Shown: one piece after another, positions 49,848 through 62,468 of the stretch
Layout: every line of letters starts with the position of its first letter
Numbering within the stretch: position 1 is the stretch's first letter
From: Balanoglossus misakiensis
Lineage: Eukaryota; Animalia; Hemichordata
Direction of reading: 5' to 3'
Assembly (NCBI GenBank): GCA_040954595.2
Contig: CM082579.2
Span: 6,623,625-6,687,624 of the forward strand
DNA: 64,000 nt
Notes under the pieces: model-generated
What the model was told of the DNA's origin: nothing
The model's input: only the letters and a program-made list of their open reading frames with translations
The model's database searches: none
Made by a program: the position numbers and the translations under genes

Positions 49848-52779
49848 TACAGCGGTGTACAGTAAAATCCGCTGGGTGCAACGAGGCGCACGTCATACTT
49901 TCCATTCCGTCTCGCTCGCTCTCTGTCAAAACTGGTACACATGTATCTGTAAACACATCTCGGTTGTACGGCCGTGACCGTGGTGCCAAGGTTTGCGCCA
50001 CGGCGGCAGGAATGCATGCCACTTTCAATATGTTGACTTTTCTGTTATAGCTATTTCTGGCGTTTAACAGCGTGTGCCGACGCGACGTTGTTGATTAAAC
50101 GACCTCGAGTTTGCTGAAGTCTCTAAAATCACTTTCGATTTTGCCGGTCACGTGACCGCGTATACCGACCTTGTTTCCCTTTAATGATATTTATGGTGTG
50201 TTTTGTTTTAAAAAATTGTTCTTATCCGGCGCGGTCTGCCGGTCGAAGGAAACAATTAGGACTAAAGACAGTAAATGGCCTGATAGATTTCGAGTTAATT
50301 TGGTACTGAAAATTCACGGAAACGCGGTGCCATGGTAACCTCTTGCAGTGGCCGTGATATTCAGGGGCGATGGGTGTCATGTGTACAGGCGACACTGGCC
50401 ATAGAGTAAATTGTTTGTCCAAAGTCACGGTGATATAGTCCCAGTGCTTGTTAGCAAATCCCAAATGAGTTTCAATTTTGTAGTCGCTAATTTGTGTTTG
50501 ACATGTACAGAGATTGTACCGAGTGGATAATTATAATCTAGCTAGAGGGTCTGACTGGCTGCTATTGGTGCAATCAGACCCCCTAGCTAGGTTAGCTACA
50601 ATCTCTGTACGGAGAATGGCTATACTGTATACATCACAACCAGACATATGGGACCGAACACAACATCTGCAACTTCTGTGATCACGGCAATCCCCAGAGA
50701 GCGGGACGTCATGGTTTTTTGGTCTGACAAGGGACACTACTCGTGTTACACTTTAATCCCACGTTGAATCCTTCGCTGATTTTATGTCTGGTGTATTGGG
50801 GAGGATAATTGTCACATGTGCTATATTTAGATAATTGGCGAGAAATGAGTGGTCCGCCGTGACACGCGGACGAGTAATTAGGCCCATAACGGCAATTTTT
50901 TTTTTAGTTTCGTCTACATGTAAATGGTTCAACTGCATTAGAGTTTATGCAAGCAGGTCGTCTGTGATTTTTAAACTGAATGTTGTTTTTTCCCTGTTCG
51001 ATTTTAGGTGAGTTCAACTTATGACGCGATTCAATTATTCTTCGTCCCCAGTGGTTTGCTAAAGTAGACGTTATTCAGTTTTATATAGGCCAATACCTAG
51101 TAGAAACGGTTCGGATCTCCGAGGTGTGACAGGAACATCCGATTCTGTCAAAGAAGCACTCATCTCCGCAGCTGTGGTCTTTGGATTTGACTATTACTGA
51201 ATTTGGTATTCCCTACGTCAAAAAAAATCACGCCGTTTTGAGAAATGCCTTTATTTGGTGAGGATATTAAAGAACATTTTAACTTTGTTATATGAGTTGA
51301 CAGTATCAGTAAAACTGAGTTTACAAGGGCTGTAAGCTGTAATAAGAAATGAGATATTCTGGAATAATTCGAAAATATTAAACACTTTAGGGAGTAAGGA
51401 AAAGCGAGAGACGCGGAGAGCAAATCTCGAGTAGCTTGATTGATCGCAATGTCATTGGCGTCACGTAATAGCTCGAGCATGTAACGAGTGTAGATGGATG
51501 AATCTTCGAAGCTGTTTACCGGGAAAAGCACTTTTAGGTTTAGTAGTCGCACTGATGGTATGGAACTCTGTAACCTTCAATCTGCAACCAGCAAATTGCC
51601 TGTGTCACGCACGCGCGTGGAGGCTATTCACGGAAAGCTTTTTGCTTGATTGTAGGATTTGACATTGCCGGATTCACAAGTCAATGTCTTTACATTACTC
51701 CATTAAACAAGGTGCTTCGAAGCAGTCATTGACCTCGAGTGGACTCTTGTGTCAGTGTTCATTTCGCCTGGTTGACGGATTCAGTCACGTGACACCTTCG
51801 CCGTCTCTCAATTTTCGTATCTTGCCACAAGAAGCATCGTTCATTACATTTAGCATCATGTTGCTCACTGCACAAAGACATTCGCTCTTATATTAGGATC
51901 TTGTGATTCTTGTGATTCAAGGTCAGGGTGGAGTCGGTTCGAGACGAGGACGATACAATCTTGGCGCCAGTGGCTCACATGTTTTCGTTCAGGTTCGCAT
52001 AAACCTTAGGCTTTCAAAGGTATATGGGTTTAAATAGCGCCAAGTTTAAATTTATTTTTTAGACCAATTTTGTAGTTTATTTGCACATGAAATAAAAGAA
52101 ATCAATCTAAACGACATTTTACAAAGAAGAAAACACGTCATTTCCGGCTGAACGGATATTCATTCGCCCACCAAGCTGAAGTATAGCCGATATTGACACG
52201 AACCTGGCCAGGGTATGGACAACTACAATGTTCGAGTCAGTCAACATTATTCGAAGTCGTACAGATTTTAATTTACATGAACCGGAGGGGAAACGGTATC
52301 AAAATGTTTACTCAGTCGTAGTCGGAGCGCGATCAAAAGACGAAAATAAAAAAGCGATTCATAACACGTATTCATGTTGACAACTTCAATATCGAGAGTT
52401 CAATTTTAGAGTTCACAATTTGATAATTTTATCAGCGGGGAAACTGTCGCCGTGCGTCAAATTGCAAATCAACATCGCGACTGTTAAAAGTGCCGCTAAC
52501 TGTTACGACTACAACACGGCTATTATAATCACAAGGATAGCCTAAATAGATCGAAGTATAAAGGAGCGATTGGATGGAAAATAAATACAAAAGCACGCTT
52601 GTCGTCTCTCTGTGAATCGGTTGATGAATGACGCAGTGAAGAACTTTCTCTCTCCGATTCATTCTCTCTCTGTCTCTCCGCTATCTCCCTCTCTTCTCCC
52701 TTTCTCCCCCCCCCCCTCTCTCGCTTCCCCTCTCTCTGTATCTGCCGTCACATTTTCCCGAGCATCTATTCGCTGGTGC

Positions 52780-52914
52780 CATTCATTCATTCATTCATTC
52801 ATTCATTCATTCATTCATTCATTCATTCATTCATTCATTCATTCATTCATTCATTCATTCATTCATTCATTCATTCATTCATTCATTCATTCATTCATTC
52901 ATTCATTCATTCAT
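52780..52914. repeat. (CATT)n tetranucleotide microsatellite
   Basis: Read directly; explains the HSFI-repeat ORF. Confidence 0.97.
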
Positions 52915-55900
52915 AGACGTTTCAAGGAATCATGTTTCTGTAACTATCTGATTCTGTTGTGGTATATTACATATTATGTAAGTCTAATTGACATTTGAAA
53001 CATTCTACAGTGGGCGTTGCAACATTTGATATTTTTTGCTTTCGGGATATCGAGATGCATTTTAATATCATTATGGCGTAATGTTTCCCAGAGAAAATGT
53101 CATGGACTTTAAGGACCATTGAGCATAATTTCGCGGAGGTCGGTCCGTTCCGCACGCGTGCAAGCGGGCAGATCCACATGTCTTTGATGTTTGGAATTCT
53201 GGGAAACATTTTCTGGGAAAATCCCACGGGTGTATCTTTACACATTGTACAGTAGCCTGTGCAAATCTAGCGATATATATAATAGTCAAGTAGAGATTTT
53301 CTGTCGGACGTCCACGCGAAAAGTGAGCCGCCACGCATACAATACAAAATGCACTGAAAGATTTATTGCTGGATGAATGATGATGTCTGCGCGCGGATGT
53401 TGATTCCGGCTTGAAACAGTGAAAACGGTGAACCGAAACCGAGTGCTGATTCCCCCCCCCCCTTCCTCCGACGGTCAAAATACCATCTCCCCGACCTAAC
53501 GAACAACTTTTGTTCACGCACACGGTGACGCGCACGTGATTTAATAATCCACAGCCCCGGGGTTTAGGTGGAGGGGCACTGTATGTACAAGATGCGTATA
53601 CAGAAGTGCCCTCACACGGCGGATCAATTCATTGGTATTCTCGGAAACGCAACAACGCGGAAGCACGTGTCTTGGCGGTGAATTTTTTCACGAGGATGCC
53701 GACAATTCGCCTAAAATTTCATTTCTTAATTGACGAAATTAAGCGGCTGTATATGAAGTGTACATGAAAAGCAAAACAACCACTAATGTACAAACGCACT
53801 CGTGACTAGTAGTACTCCCTACACCAATGCTCAAGGCAACACATCCATTTCTTAATATTAAAAACATATATCGCATTACTCGACATTAACTGCCTGTAGG
53901 ACAAACTTACTTCAAAATCCTTAATCCACGGCACGTGAGCCGTTTCAGCGAAAGAGGCCTAGGCATGAATCAAGACTTGCGCCCGCAGTTAAGTTCCAGG
54001 AAATGAATAAGACTTTATAGTAAACAGGCGAATGGGAATGAACTTTACCCGAATGAAGTTGAAAATCTTTGACATGGATAAATGACGCAAATTATTTGAA
54101 ACAGTGTGCCTACTGATATCTGCGATTTCAAATTATGACTTCGTGGTCCATTTTTGACACGGGAGAATCTCGGTGTCGCAATAGCGATGGAATGGTTTGC
54201 AAATATGAAGACATCACTATTATAAGAAAAAAAGTCTGGAAAAATCCATGTTGAGTTGTGTCATTCGATTAACCTGAACAATCTTTTGCGAGATTTGTGA
54301 TAATTAAGTAAAAAAAACCCCGCTAATTTAAGTAAATCGCAAATTCGGTGAAATACGATCCCTTAAACAGGATGTAGAGAAACCGTGATTCTGTTTCAGA
54401 AGGTGAAGTACTTTCAAAAGCTTATAAATGGAAAACACCGGAAAGATTAGAGAAGCCTCATATTAAAGGACATATATCAAAAATAAAGTTTAATATTTCA
54501 TGATAGTCTTCATGCATTGAGTACTAGCCTTAAGTTAAAAAGAGATCAATGTAATCTTTGAATGATAAGACTAGATCACTGAATGCTTCCTAAGACTCGT
54601 GAATATCTTCTATTCAACGCCCCCTTGCAAGGGCGCATGTGTCACACTCAGCTGCTCAGGGCTAAAAACTAGCAACAGAATTTACCCGCGCTTTTTCAGT
54701 CCCAGGTTACGCAGGAAATAATCTCTCTACGCTGTCACGTACTCGACTTGACTAGTTCACTTGTTCGACTCGAAACGCGTGATTTCCAAACTGGCAATTT
54801 TAATTTCACCGACCTTCGACTGACCTTGGGATGAGTTTATGGAAAACATCCCACATGATTCCACATTGAAAGTTGAATTAATCTGTAGACACAATGAATT
54901 GCAAGTGACGCCATTTTGAACGAAAACGCGTCTCAAATGGTGTGTAATGGGAATAAAATATATATGTGCATCATATGATATTGGATTGTAAATAGACGTT
55001 CTAGACATAACCATGGCAACGCTTGACTTCGTCTTCTGCACGGTAAGGCTAGAAGTCTAAGTAGTCTTTGAAGTACAAGCGCATGTGGAAGTCCTCAACT
55101 TATACGTGTAATTGAGTTCAGTTGAATTATTTGTGGGGCGGGCGGTTGTTTTGACTCTGTGGTCAAAAAAAATATTTGTGACAGGCACTAATTTCCTAAC
55201 CAAATTATGACCCATACAAGAGTGATTCTGTGTGACAACCCGCTCGAAGACAAATCTACTCCTTGATCAACGATAGATGTCCAACCGTGCAATATCACAG
55301 TATTCGCGTTTTCACGCATTTTATTTAAACGGCAAATTTGCTTCATTTAATTTGCTCAGAAAATATTCACTGTTCAAATAATGTGTATTTATGCTTTTGC
55401 AAGACTTAGTTTATATTTTATGGAAAATGGTATTTGAGAAATTCGCTTATCAAAATATTTATCACATACGACAGCACTGGCAACACTAATTTCTCTGATT
55501 GTGTTTTATTTGATATTAAGAAAGAGAGGGTGAGAGAGAGGGCAAAATTATCTCTGCTGCCCCGTGTGACGCGCAAACAAGTGCAGTGTACTATTCCGGG
55601 ATCGCGATGGGGAGTAGAGTATACGCTTACCCTTGAAACACTTAGGAGTGAAAATATGACGTCTCAAACAGGTTTGAGGCAGTTGCTGTTTGAAGACATC
55701 GAATATCGCTGAACGATGAGTACGCGCATGATATCTTGACGAAAACAGGTTCTTCGTTACAGTCTCTGAACATACGATCGGACTACACTCGATATAAGTT
55801 TTGGGTGACGAAAATTACATACATGTACATGTATATACAAAACTTCAATTGAAAGGAAAGTTTGTACATGTTTTCGCATCGTTATTTCACGAAATGGTCA

Positions 55901-57652
55901 TCACTCTTGTTACGACGTATTACCTCAAATGCAGTTCCGCCGTGTAGTCCACAGACAGCCACGTATTACCTCAAATGCAGTTCCACAGTGACACGGAGAC
56001 GCGCTCCCTCAGGACGGCTCCCAAATTCCAAGCGGCGTCCTCGAAAATGTCCACCACGACTTCAAAAGTCCCTTCGGCAGTGCCAATCCTCAGCTACCAC
56101 AGTAGACAGGCACTCCGTACGGTGGACTCCAAAAACTCCTCCAAGGCGACGGCACAGCTACAGACCAGAATCAAAATGAGCCACACGACAACGTGGCACT
56201 GGGTGGCTTTTAGACGACCAAAAACTAACACCTGGTCACGCTAATATGTTAAATAAAGAAATCAACATAGGTGCACCTGGCCACGAAACAAAACAAATCA
56301 TAAACTTCATCACACTCCTCAAGCAATATCTGTCCTGTTTAGTATCGATATTACCTCAATGTGGATTAGATTTGCATGTTCTTGTGTGTTCTTTGGATAT
56401 GTATTCAGAATGTATGCAGTCTGGTATCCTGCCGTATTTTCTCCACTTTGCTTCCAAAACTACGTCTAGCGTGATATTTATTTGGATTTCAAAATTATCG
56501 GGTAAACTCCGTTCGTAGAGGCGATTCCGACGCAGCAGTTGGCGATATTCTCGTACAAGTGAGTTGTCTGGGATTTTCCCGGTGTTACAGGCAAAGTATA
56601 TAAAGTGTTTTACTTGAAAACACCCAATTTCTCACGTCTCTGCTAATAAGTTTATTTTCCCACATGACGTCAGATACGTTTCTAGGTTTTGTGGAGTAAC
56701 CCGTGTTTTGGCGGGAAAATGTAGACGTCATTTCGACTCACGCGAACTAAAAAAAACAGTCAATGGTTAGTACATACGTCATTGAAAATCAATTAAACGC
56801 ACTCGATTCAAACTAACCATCGCAGTTTTTGATTATTCAATTACAGTCCAATCGCATGTTTTTCGTTTCCAGCCGATTGAGGATAAAGACATGGACGTTT
56901 TAATTGGGTCAACAAAGTCAATAAGGACCTGTTTGCAGATGTTCTCGATGACTTCGCGACATGCTGTGTACTGCTAGACAGGCACGTACGTCCACTCGTG
57001 ACAAGAGTCCGTGTTCACTGATGCTAAACGGTATCCTGTCCGAGTAATCGAAAATGAACCCCGTTAATCTTTGACCGACAAGCGCCATGTCCCGCTGCAA
57101 ACTATTGCTTGTTTCGCGGGGATTCTGACAAATGACGCATGCGCGTTCGGGGTGTACAGAACAGAAGTTCGTTTTGGTGCAGGCAGTACACGACATACTG
57201 ATCCCCTATTGCTTTGGAAATGATTGCTTTGTTAATGACATTTCCGACCATGTCATCGATAATTATGGCACGGCGAGGGGGCGTTTCTCAGTGATTTCGT
57301 ACTGATAACATCATGGTTCGGTCAGGTTGCCTGATGGGCGGACGGTTGCCATGGTCAAATGGGGTCACAGACCGCAGTTTAGTCGGTCGTTACACTCCAG
57401 CGGTCCTGATGCACGCCATGCTGTCATCATGACAAGGGGCATTGTTCTGTTAGCGTATCTGACACCCTTCGGCGTTCCCAGAAGCCAGCGGGTTATCTTA
57501 TCAGAGCGCGTGTTCAGAACTCCGTACGCCAGTGAAACGACCAATTTATAAAAGATATATAATGTTACTTTGAGTATTAATTCTTCTACGCTGGGAGGGT
57601 AGTGTGCCTTGTGTCTGTGCAATGGATTTCAACAAGGGTTTATTTCAATATT

Positions 57653-57722
57653 AGACAGACAGACAGACAGACAGACAGATAGATACAGACATTGATAAAT
57701 AAATAAATAAATAAATAAATAA
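57653..57722. repeat. Compound (AGAC)n and (AAAT)n microsatellite
   Basis: Read directly. Confidence 0.9.
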
Positions 57723-58674
57723 CAGCTAATATCGAACACATTTAAAGTACCATGAGTATTCGCTTACATAATTTCTGTGTATACCATGTACATGCACTTG
57801 GAGTTTAGTCTGTGTAAGGGTCAAAGACAGAGCACGGTCACTCCACACACGTGCACGGTCACAGCCAGGTACCATATTTTGCTTCGATGATGTCAGAGCG
57901 TGACGTCAGTTAATCCAACTATTGTGTCATTCGGGACTTTGTGCATACAGTCAACACTCGACAGCGTTTGATCAAAAGTCACCCATTTACCCGGCTTCCG
58001 CGGTCTCCGGTGAAGAATGTCGGTGTGAATGGGAGAGGAATGTGGCATATGTACACCTGTAAATTAAAAACAAACACCATCTATTGAGATTTGTCACGGT
58101 GATCGCGCTCTCAACTCAGCTATCTCACCCATGGTATTGTTGTTCGATGTTTGTCTGCACGTCACCGTGAAAATCACACAATAGCATTGTTCTTGACTCT
58201 TCACCGGGACAATTGTGACAGGACGAGAAAATATGTGAGGGCAGACAGACTGATGCAAGATCGCCCGGAAATCGCCCTGGACGAAATCCAGAGTCAACGA
58301 ACTGGAGTCAAATGTCTCTGTCCATTAAGGTTAGGCCTCAAGTTACAAACCAGGTCTCGCTGAGTGAAATCCATTTCCGTTTGTACACTGTTTTACTGAC
58401 AAGGGTGACTAATCGAACACCAAAGTCCTCTCTCTACTCAGTGACTGATTTTTTTACAGACATGGTTTGAGGATAATGTACCAGGATCGCCAGATCATAA
58501 TTCATTTAGTTTAGCTTTGACATTATCCACAAATGCACAAAAGATGTTAGTTATATATCAAAACTTTCGCCTTGTTGAACACAGATAAGGAAGGTTGAAG
58601 AATACGCAGTCTGTCACTAGATTTATGAGCAGACCATCAATCAACGAATTAAAGAATCAGAGAGAATGCCGTAA

Positions 58675-59580
58675 GGGAGCATTCGTTTTTTACAGGGAGG
58701 GGGGGGGGGCGGTGGAAATCAGGGGGGGGGGTTTACTTTTACAAAGCAGTTTTTAGGGGGGGACAAATTTTATAATCAATGGTTTAGGGGGGGGGGCAAT
58801 TTTTACAACAGATTTGTATGGAATTATAGCACACTTTGACGACTAAATGTTTATTTTGAGTCCGCAAAAATGCAGTTTCGCGCCCTTTATTTTACAAAAT
58901 TTTCTAATGTGGGAGGGGGAAACCCCCTCCCACACCCACCCCTCATCAACACCTTTCAATCATTGACTGGTTTATCTATAGTGTCCCAGGTCAGGGGACT
59001 TGCCCCCACCCCATGATAACTTTGAGCGGCGACGGTTAAATTTGTCCTCCCCAACAAACCGGTAGTTGAGTTAATTTGCTTTTGCCGGGTTCATTAAAAT
59101 GCAGCTTTGAGCTCTGTATTTTACAAAATGTTCTAACTTGGGAGGGGGACACCCCCTCCCAAACCCACCCCCTTCAATTCTCGGTTTACAATGTCTCCCA
59201 ACACAGAATACAAATACTTAAAAAATAAAAACAATGTTCAGTTTTAATACCCACTGATGAGGGGAAACATCAGTTTCAAATTCTTTTCATGGGAGTGCTG
59301 TATCTTTATCTTTTTTTACAAGATAGAATGAATGTAATTCTGAATAGAATCATATGTCAACAATAACAATGGTCAGTCTAAATATCTGACAAAGTTTGAT
59401 AAGTTTAATCCGGTGGATAAACTTTTTTTTTTTTTGGGGGGGGGTCAAATTTTACAATTGAAGAATTTAGGGGGGACACATTTTAGAAAAGTAATTTCGA
59501 GGGGGGGTTGCCTTTTACATTTAGTCGGCGACTCAAATTGCACCGGCCCCCCCCCCTCCCTGTAAAAAACGAATGCTCCC
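58675..59580. mobile_element. PIF/Harbinger-type MITE (~906 bp)
   Basis: TIR GGGAGCATTCGTTTTTTACAGGGAGGGGGG ... CCCCCCTCCCTGTAAAAAACGAATGCTCCC with 3-bp TSD TAA at 58672-58674 and 59581-59583; internal G-runs and a duplicated internal unit; no transposase ORF. Confidence 0.92.
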
Positions 59581-59775
59581 TAAACTCCATTTGCAGTTCA
59601 ACAGAGGTCATTGACCTCAAATAACCTAGAAATATGCGATGTATAGCGTTGTCGTCAAGGTCCTGACTAAGGTATCACGTTCAGATGTCTCATTAATACT
59701 TAATGTGATCACATATCTATCGCTGCTTTTGTATAACTGTTAATTGCGTGATGGTATTTTCAGTTTAACGTTCGG

Positions 59776-59936
59776 GTGATGTGATGTGATGCGGTGTGAT
59801 GTGGTGTGGTGTGGTGTGGTGTGATGTGATGTGATGTGATGTGATGTGATGTGATGTGATGTGATGTGATGTGATGTGATGTGATGTGATGTGATGTGAT
59901 GTGATGTGATGTGATGTGACGTGATGTGATGTGATG
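59776..59936. repeat. (GTGAT)n pentanucleotide microsatellite with GTGGT variants
   Basis: Read directly; explains the HHITS-repeat ORFs. Confidence 0.97.
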
Positions 59937-62380
59937 ACCATGGCATTTATACAGTATGCCAATAGCCAGCTGACCACATAGAGATGACTCACGCGCCCGG
60001 AGTCGTCAATTGATCCGTTATTACACAAACCAATCGCTGAAAAAATCCACGCTGTTCGTGATATAGGTCACAAGTGCATGTATACCATGTGTCACCATGA
60101 GATAAACCCGGGGTTGATTTACTTTTCACTTCCTCTCCTCGGGAATCCAGGGTTAAGTGTTTCACAATAATACTGGTAGGCCTAATGCGGTGACTGACCG
60201 CAGACCGCAGCGAGATGAAAGGCCGCAACGGCGTGCATCGCATCAAACCACGGTAAACGGTTGAGTGCGTTACCCTTGATTTGTCCATCGCATCGTGGAG
60301 AGGAGACACGGGAAATAAATCGACAATTGCCACTCGATTATTGCCAAAATGTGATCGAAGCACACATCATGATGCGATGTGTCTCCGTTAAAATAAAACT
60401 ACACAGCTTTCCAGATAATCAATTTCTAGAAAGTGGAAATGTGTCCTATAAGCAGCAATTTCATCATATTAATGTGCCTTCTCAATCTCTGACATGTTAA
60501 TAGTTAACAGCTTAATAAATTGAGGCCGTTATCCGCAATTTCTAATATACTGGCTGTAATTAATGTCAACCAGCATTTTGGTTTATGGTCTACTTTTGAA
60601 ATTCGACTCGCGCCCCGTAGAGAGGTCGATGACTCAAAACAAATCCAAATCAGTCAGATAGTCGAGTGCATTGACCGCTGAGACGCTGGCGTTCGCGTCT
60701 ATTTGAGCGACCAGTACTTTTCTGTCATTGTATAGGGTTTACATTAGAAAATAATTGGGGCGCTCATTTTACTGGTCGGCGATTACTGCTGCCAACGACC
60801 GCAACTTGCTTCATTAAAATGCTACAAATTTGTTCAGGGTATAAAATATTGTGGTTGAAGGCCACCTGAAACGATCGGAATCGCAGAAATGCACAAAAAT
60901 ATCTTCATTTATGTATGTATGTACATTGCATGTATGATTGTACATGTGTGTGTTTGTATGTATGCACATATGCATGCATGTAGGCCTATGAATCATGACA
61001 ATGTCACCATGACAATTCGCTAACTGACAGGCTTTTACCGGGTGCAAATTCTGGCAGGCAAACAAACCAAGCAACAAACCGCATTAAGATTGCAGGTTAC
61101 TCTAAACATCCACATGGAAAATATTTTTAAGGGAGAACAATCACGTTCACGCATACTTCTGAGCGTGCCTGGTTTATTAAGAGATATTTATGAAAGCAAA
61201 TTTGCGACGACCAGTTCACGCAATGACACCATTTGTACGGCCTTGCATATCTTTCGGCCTCGTTTTAAAATTCCACAATCAACCTAGTAGAGACACTAAC
61301 ATGAGGTCATGCCTGGCGCATTAACGGAAAAACTCGCTATTGGCTTCACTCCAAAATACCAAATAGCACGTGACCATGGCGAGTCGTCCAAGCATGCGTC
61401 TTGACAAGATGACGAAAGCAGGGTATGCAAATCCTGAATTATTAATGACGTTTAAAAAATTGCTACATGTGTATGCACAGTAAAGTGTAGATGTATTGCG
61501 ACTGGTTGTAAAATGTTCTTCGATTTTCGACTCCATCACAATTAGGACTGTATGTAAACTACGCGTGACTGTTACCCCCCCCCCCCCCCACACACACACA
61601 CCACCACCACCACCGTACGTGATCTGCAGACCGACAACGCTCTTAGGTCATCAGCGCAGTGTCGTTGCTATATCTCATTCCGGGTATCATCGTAGAATGT
61701 GTCTCGCGCGTCAATCGATAGCCAGGCATACGCACTGCCAACATTGTAACGACGTGAAGCAACGAAAATAAAACACAAATAAATATTATACGAAGCGTCA
61801 TCGCTTAAATGAAAAGATTTATGAAGTCACTGGAAGCTGTTCCCGCAAGCATCGATGTGCAAAAAGTATCACATGACACTATGACATTTTTCTGGCTAAG
61901 ACCCTTGCCGGGTATGACAATTCAATAAAACAAAATAGTTATAGTCGCCTGACATCCAAGTCGAGAGTTCGCGTCATCGGTATAAGACGTCTTGAAGTTA
62001 TGTACGAAGGAGAAGATGGAAGACTTATGACGCGGAGAGAGAAGTTCAGACGCGAGTGAACACGATACAAGCACTGTACTTTTGCATTAAAGAGCAATTA
62101 ATCAAGCAAAACTATGGCAGTAAAGTTTCTGCATTTTAGACATATTAACTTTCATATTTTACCATGTTCATGTGAGTATCTTGCACGTGGGGCGGCAAGC
62201 TTTCCCGTAGCTGAGTTGACAATATTATACATGTAGTCTTAGGCTACACTGAAAATGACGTATGTCTGTATATATGAATATCGTCTCTACATTGTGTATA
62301 GATAGCCGATAATCAATACTGGATGACGTATCAAAATTAATGTCTTACATCATAAACTTTAAAAAGGACAGAGATAGACA

Positions 62381-62468
62381 GATGGACGGATGGATGGGTG
62401 GGTGGGTGGTCAGGTAGGTAGGTAGGTAGGTAGGTAGGTAGGTAGGTAGGTAGGTAGGTAGGTAGGTA
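62381..62468. repeat. Compound (GATG)/(GGGT)/(GGTA)n microsatellite
   Basis: Read directly. Confidence 0.92.

Noticed and set aside
49685-60028. Repetitive ORFs (CCVVL, HSFI, HHITS) and possible CRISPR-like arrays
   Set aside because: Simple microsatellites without spacers; eukaryotic context.
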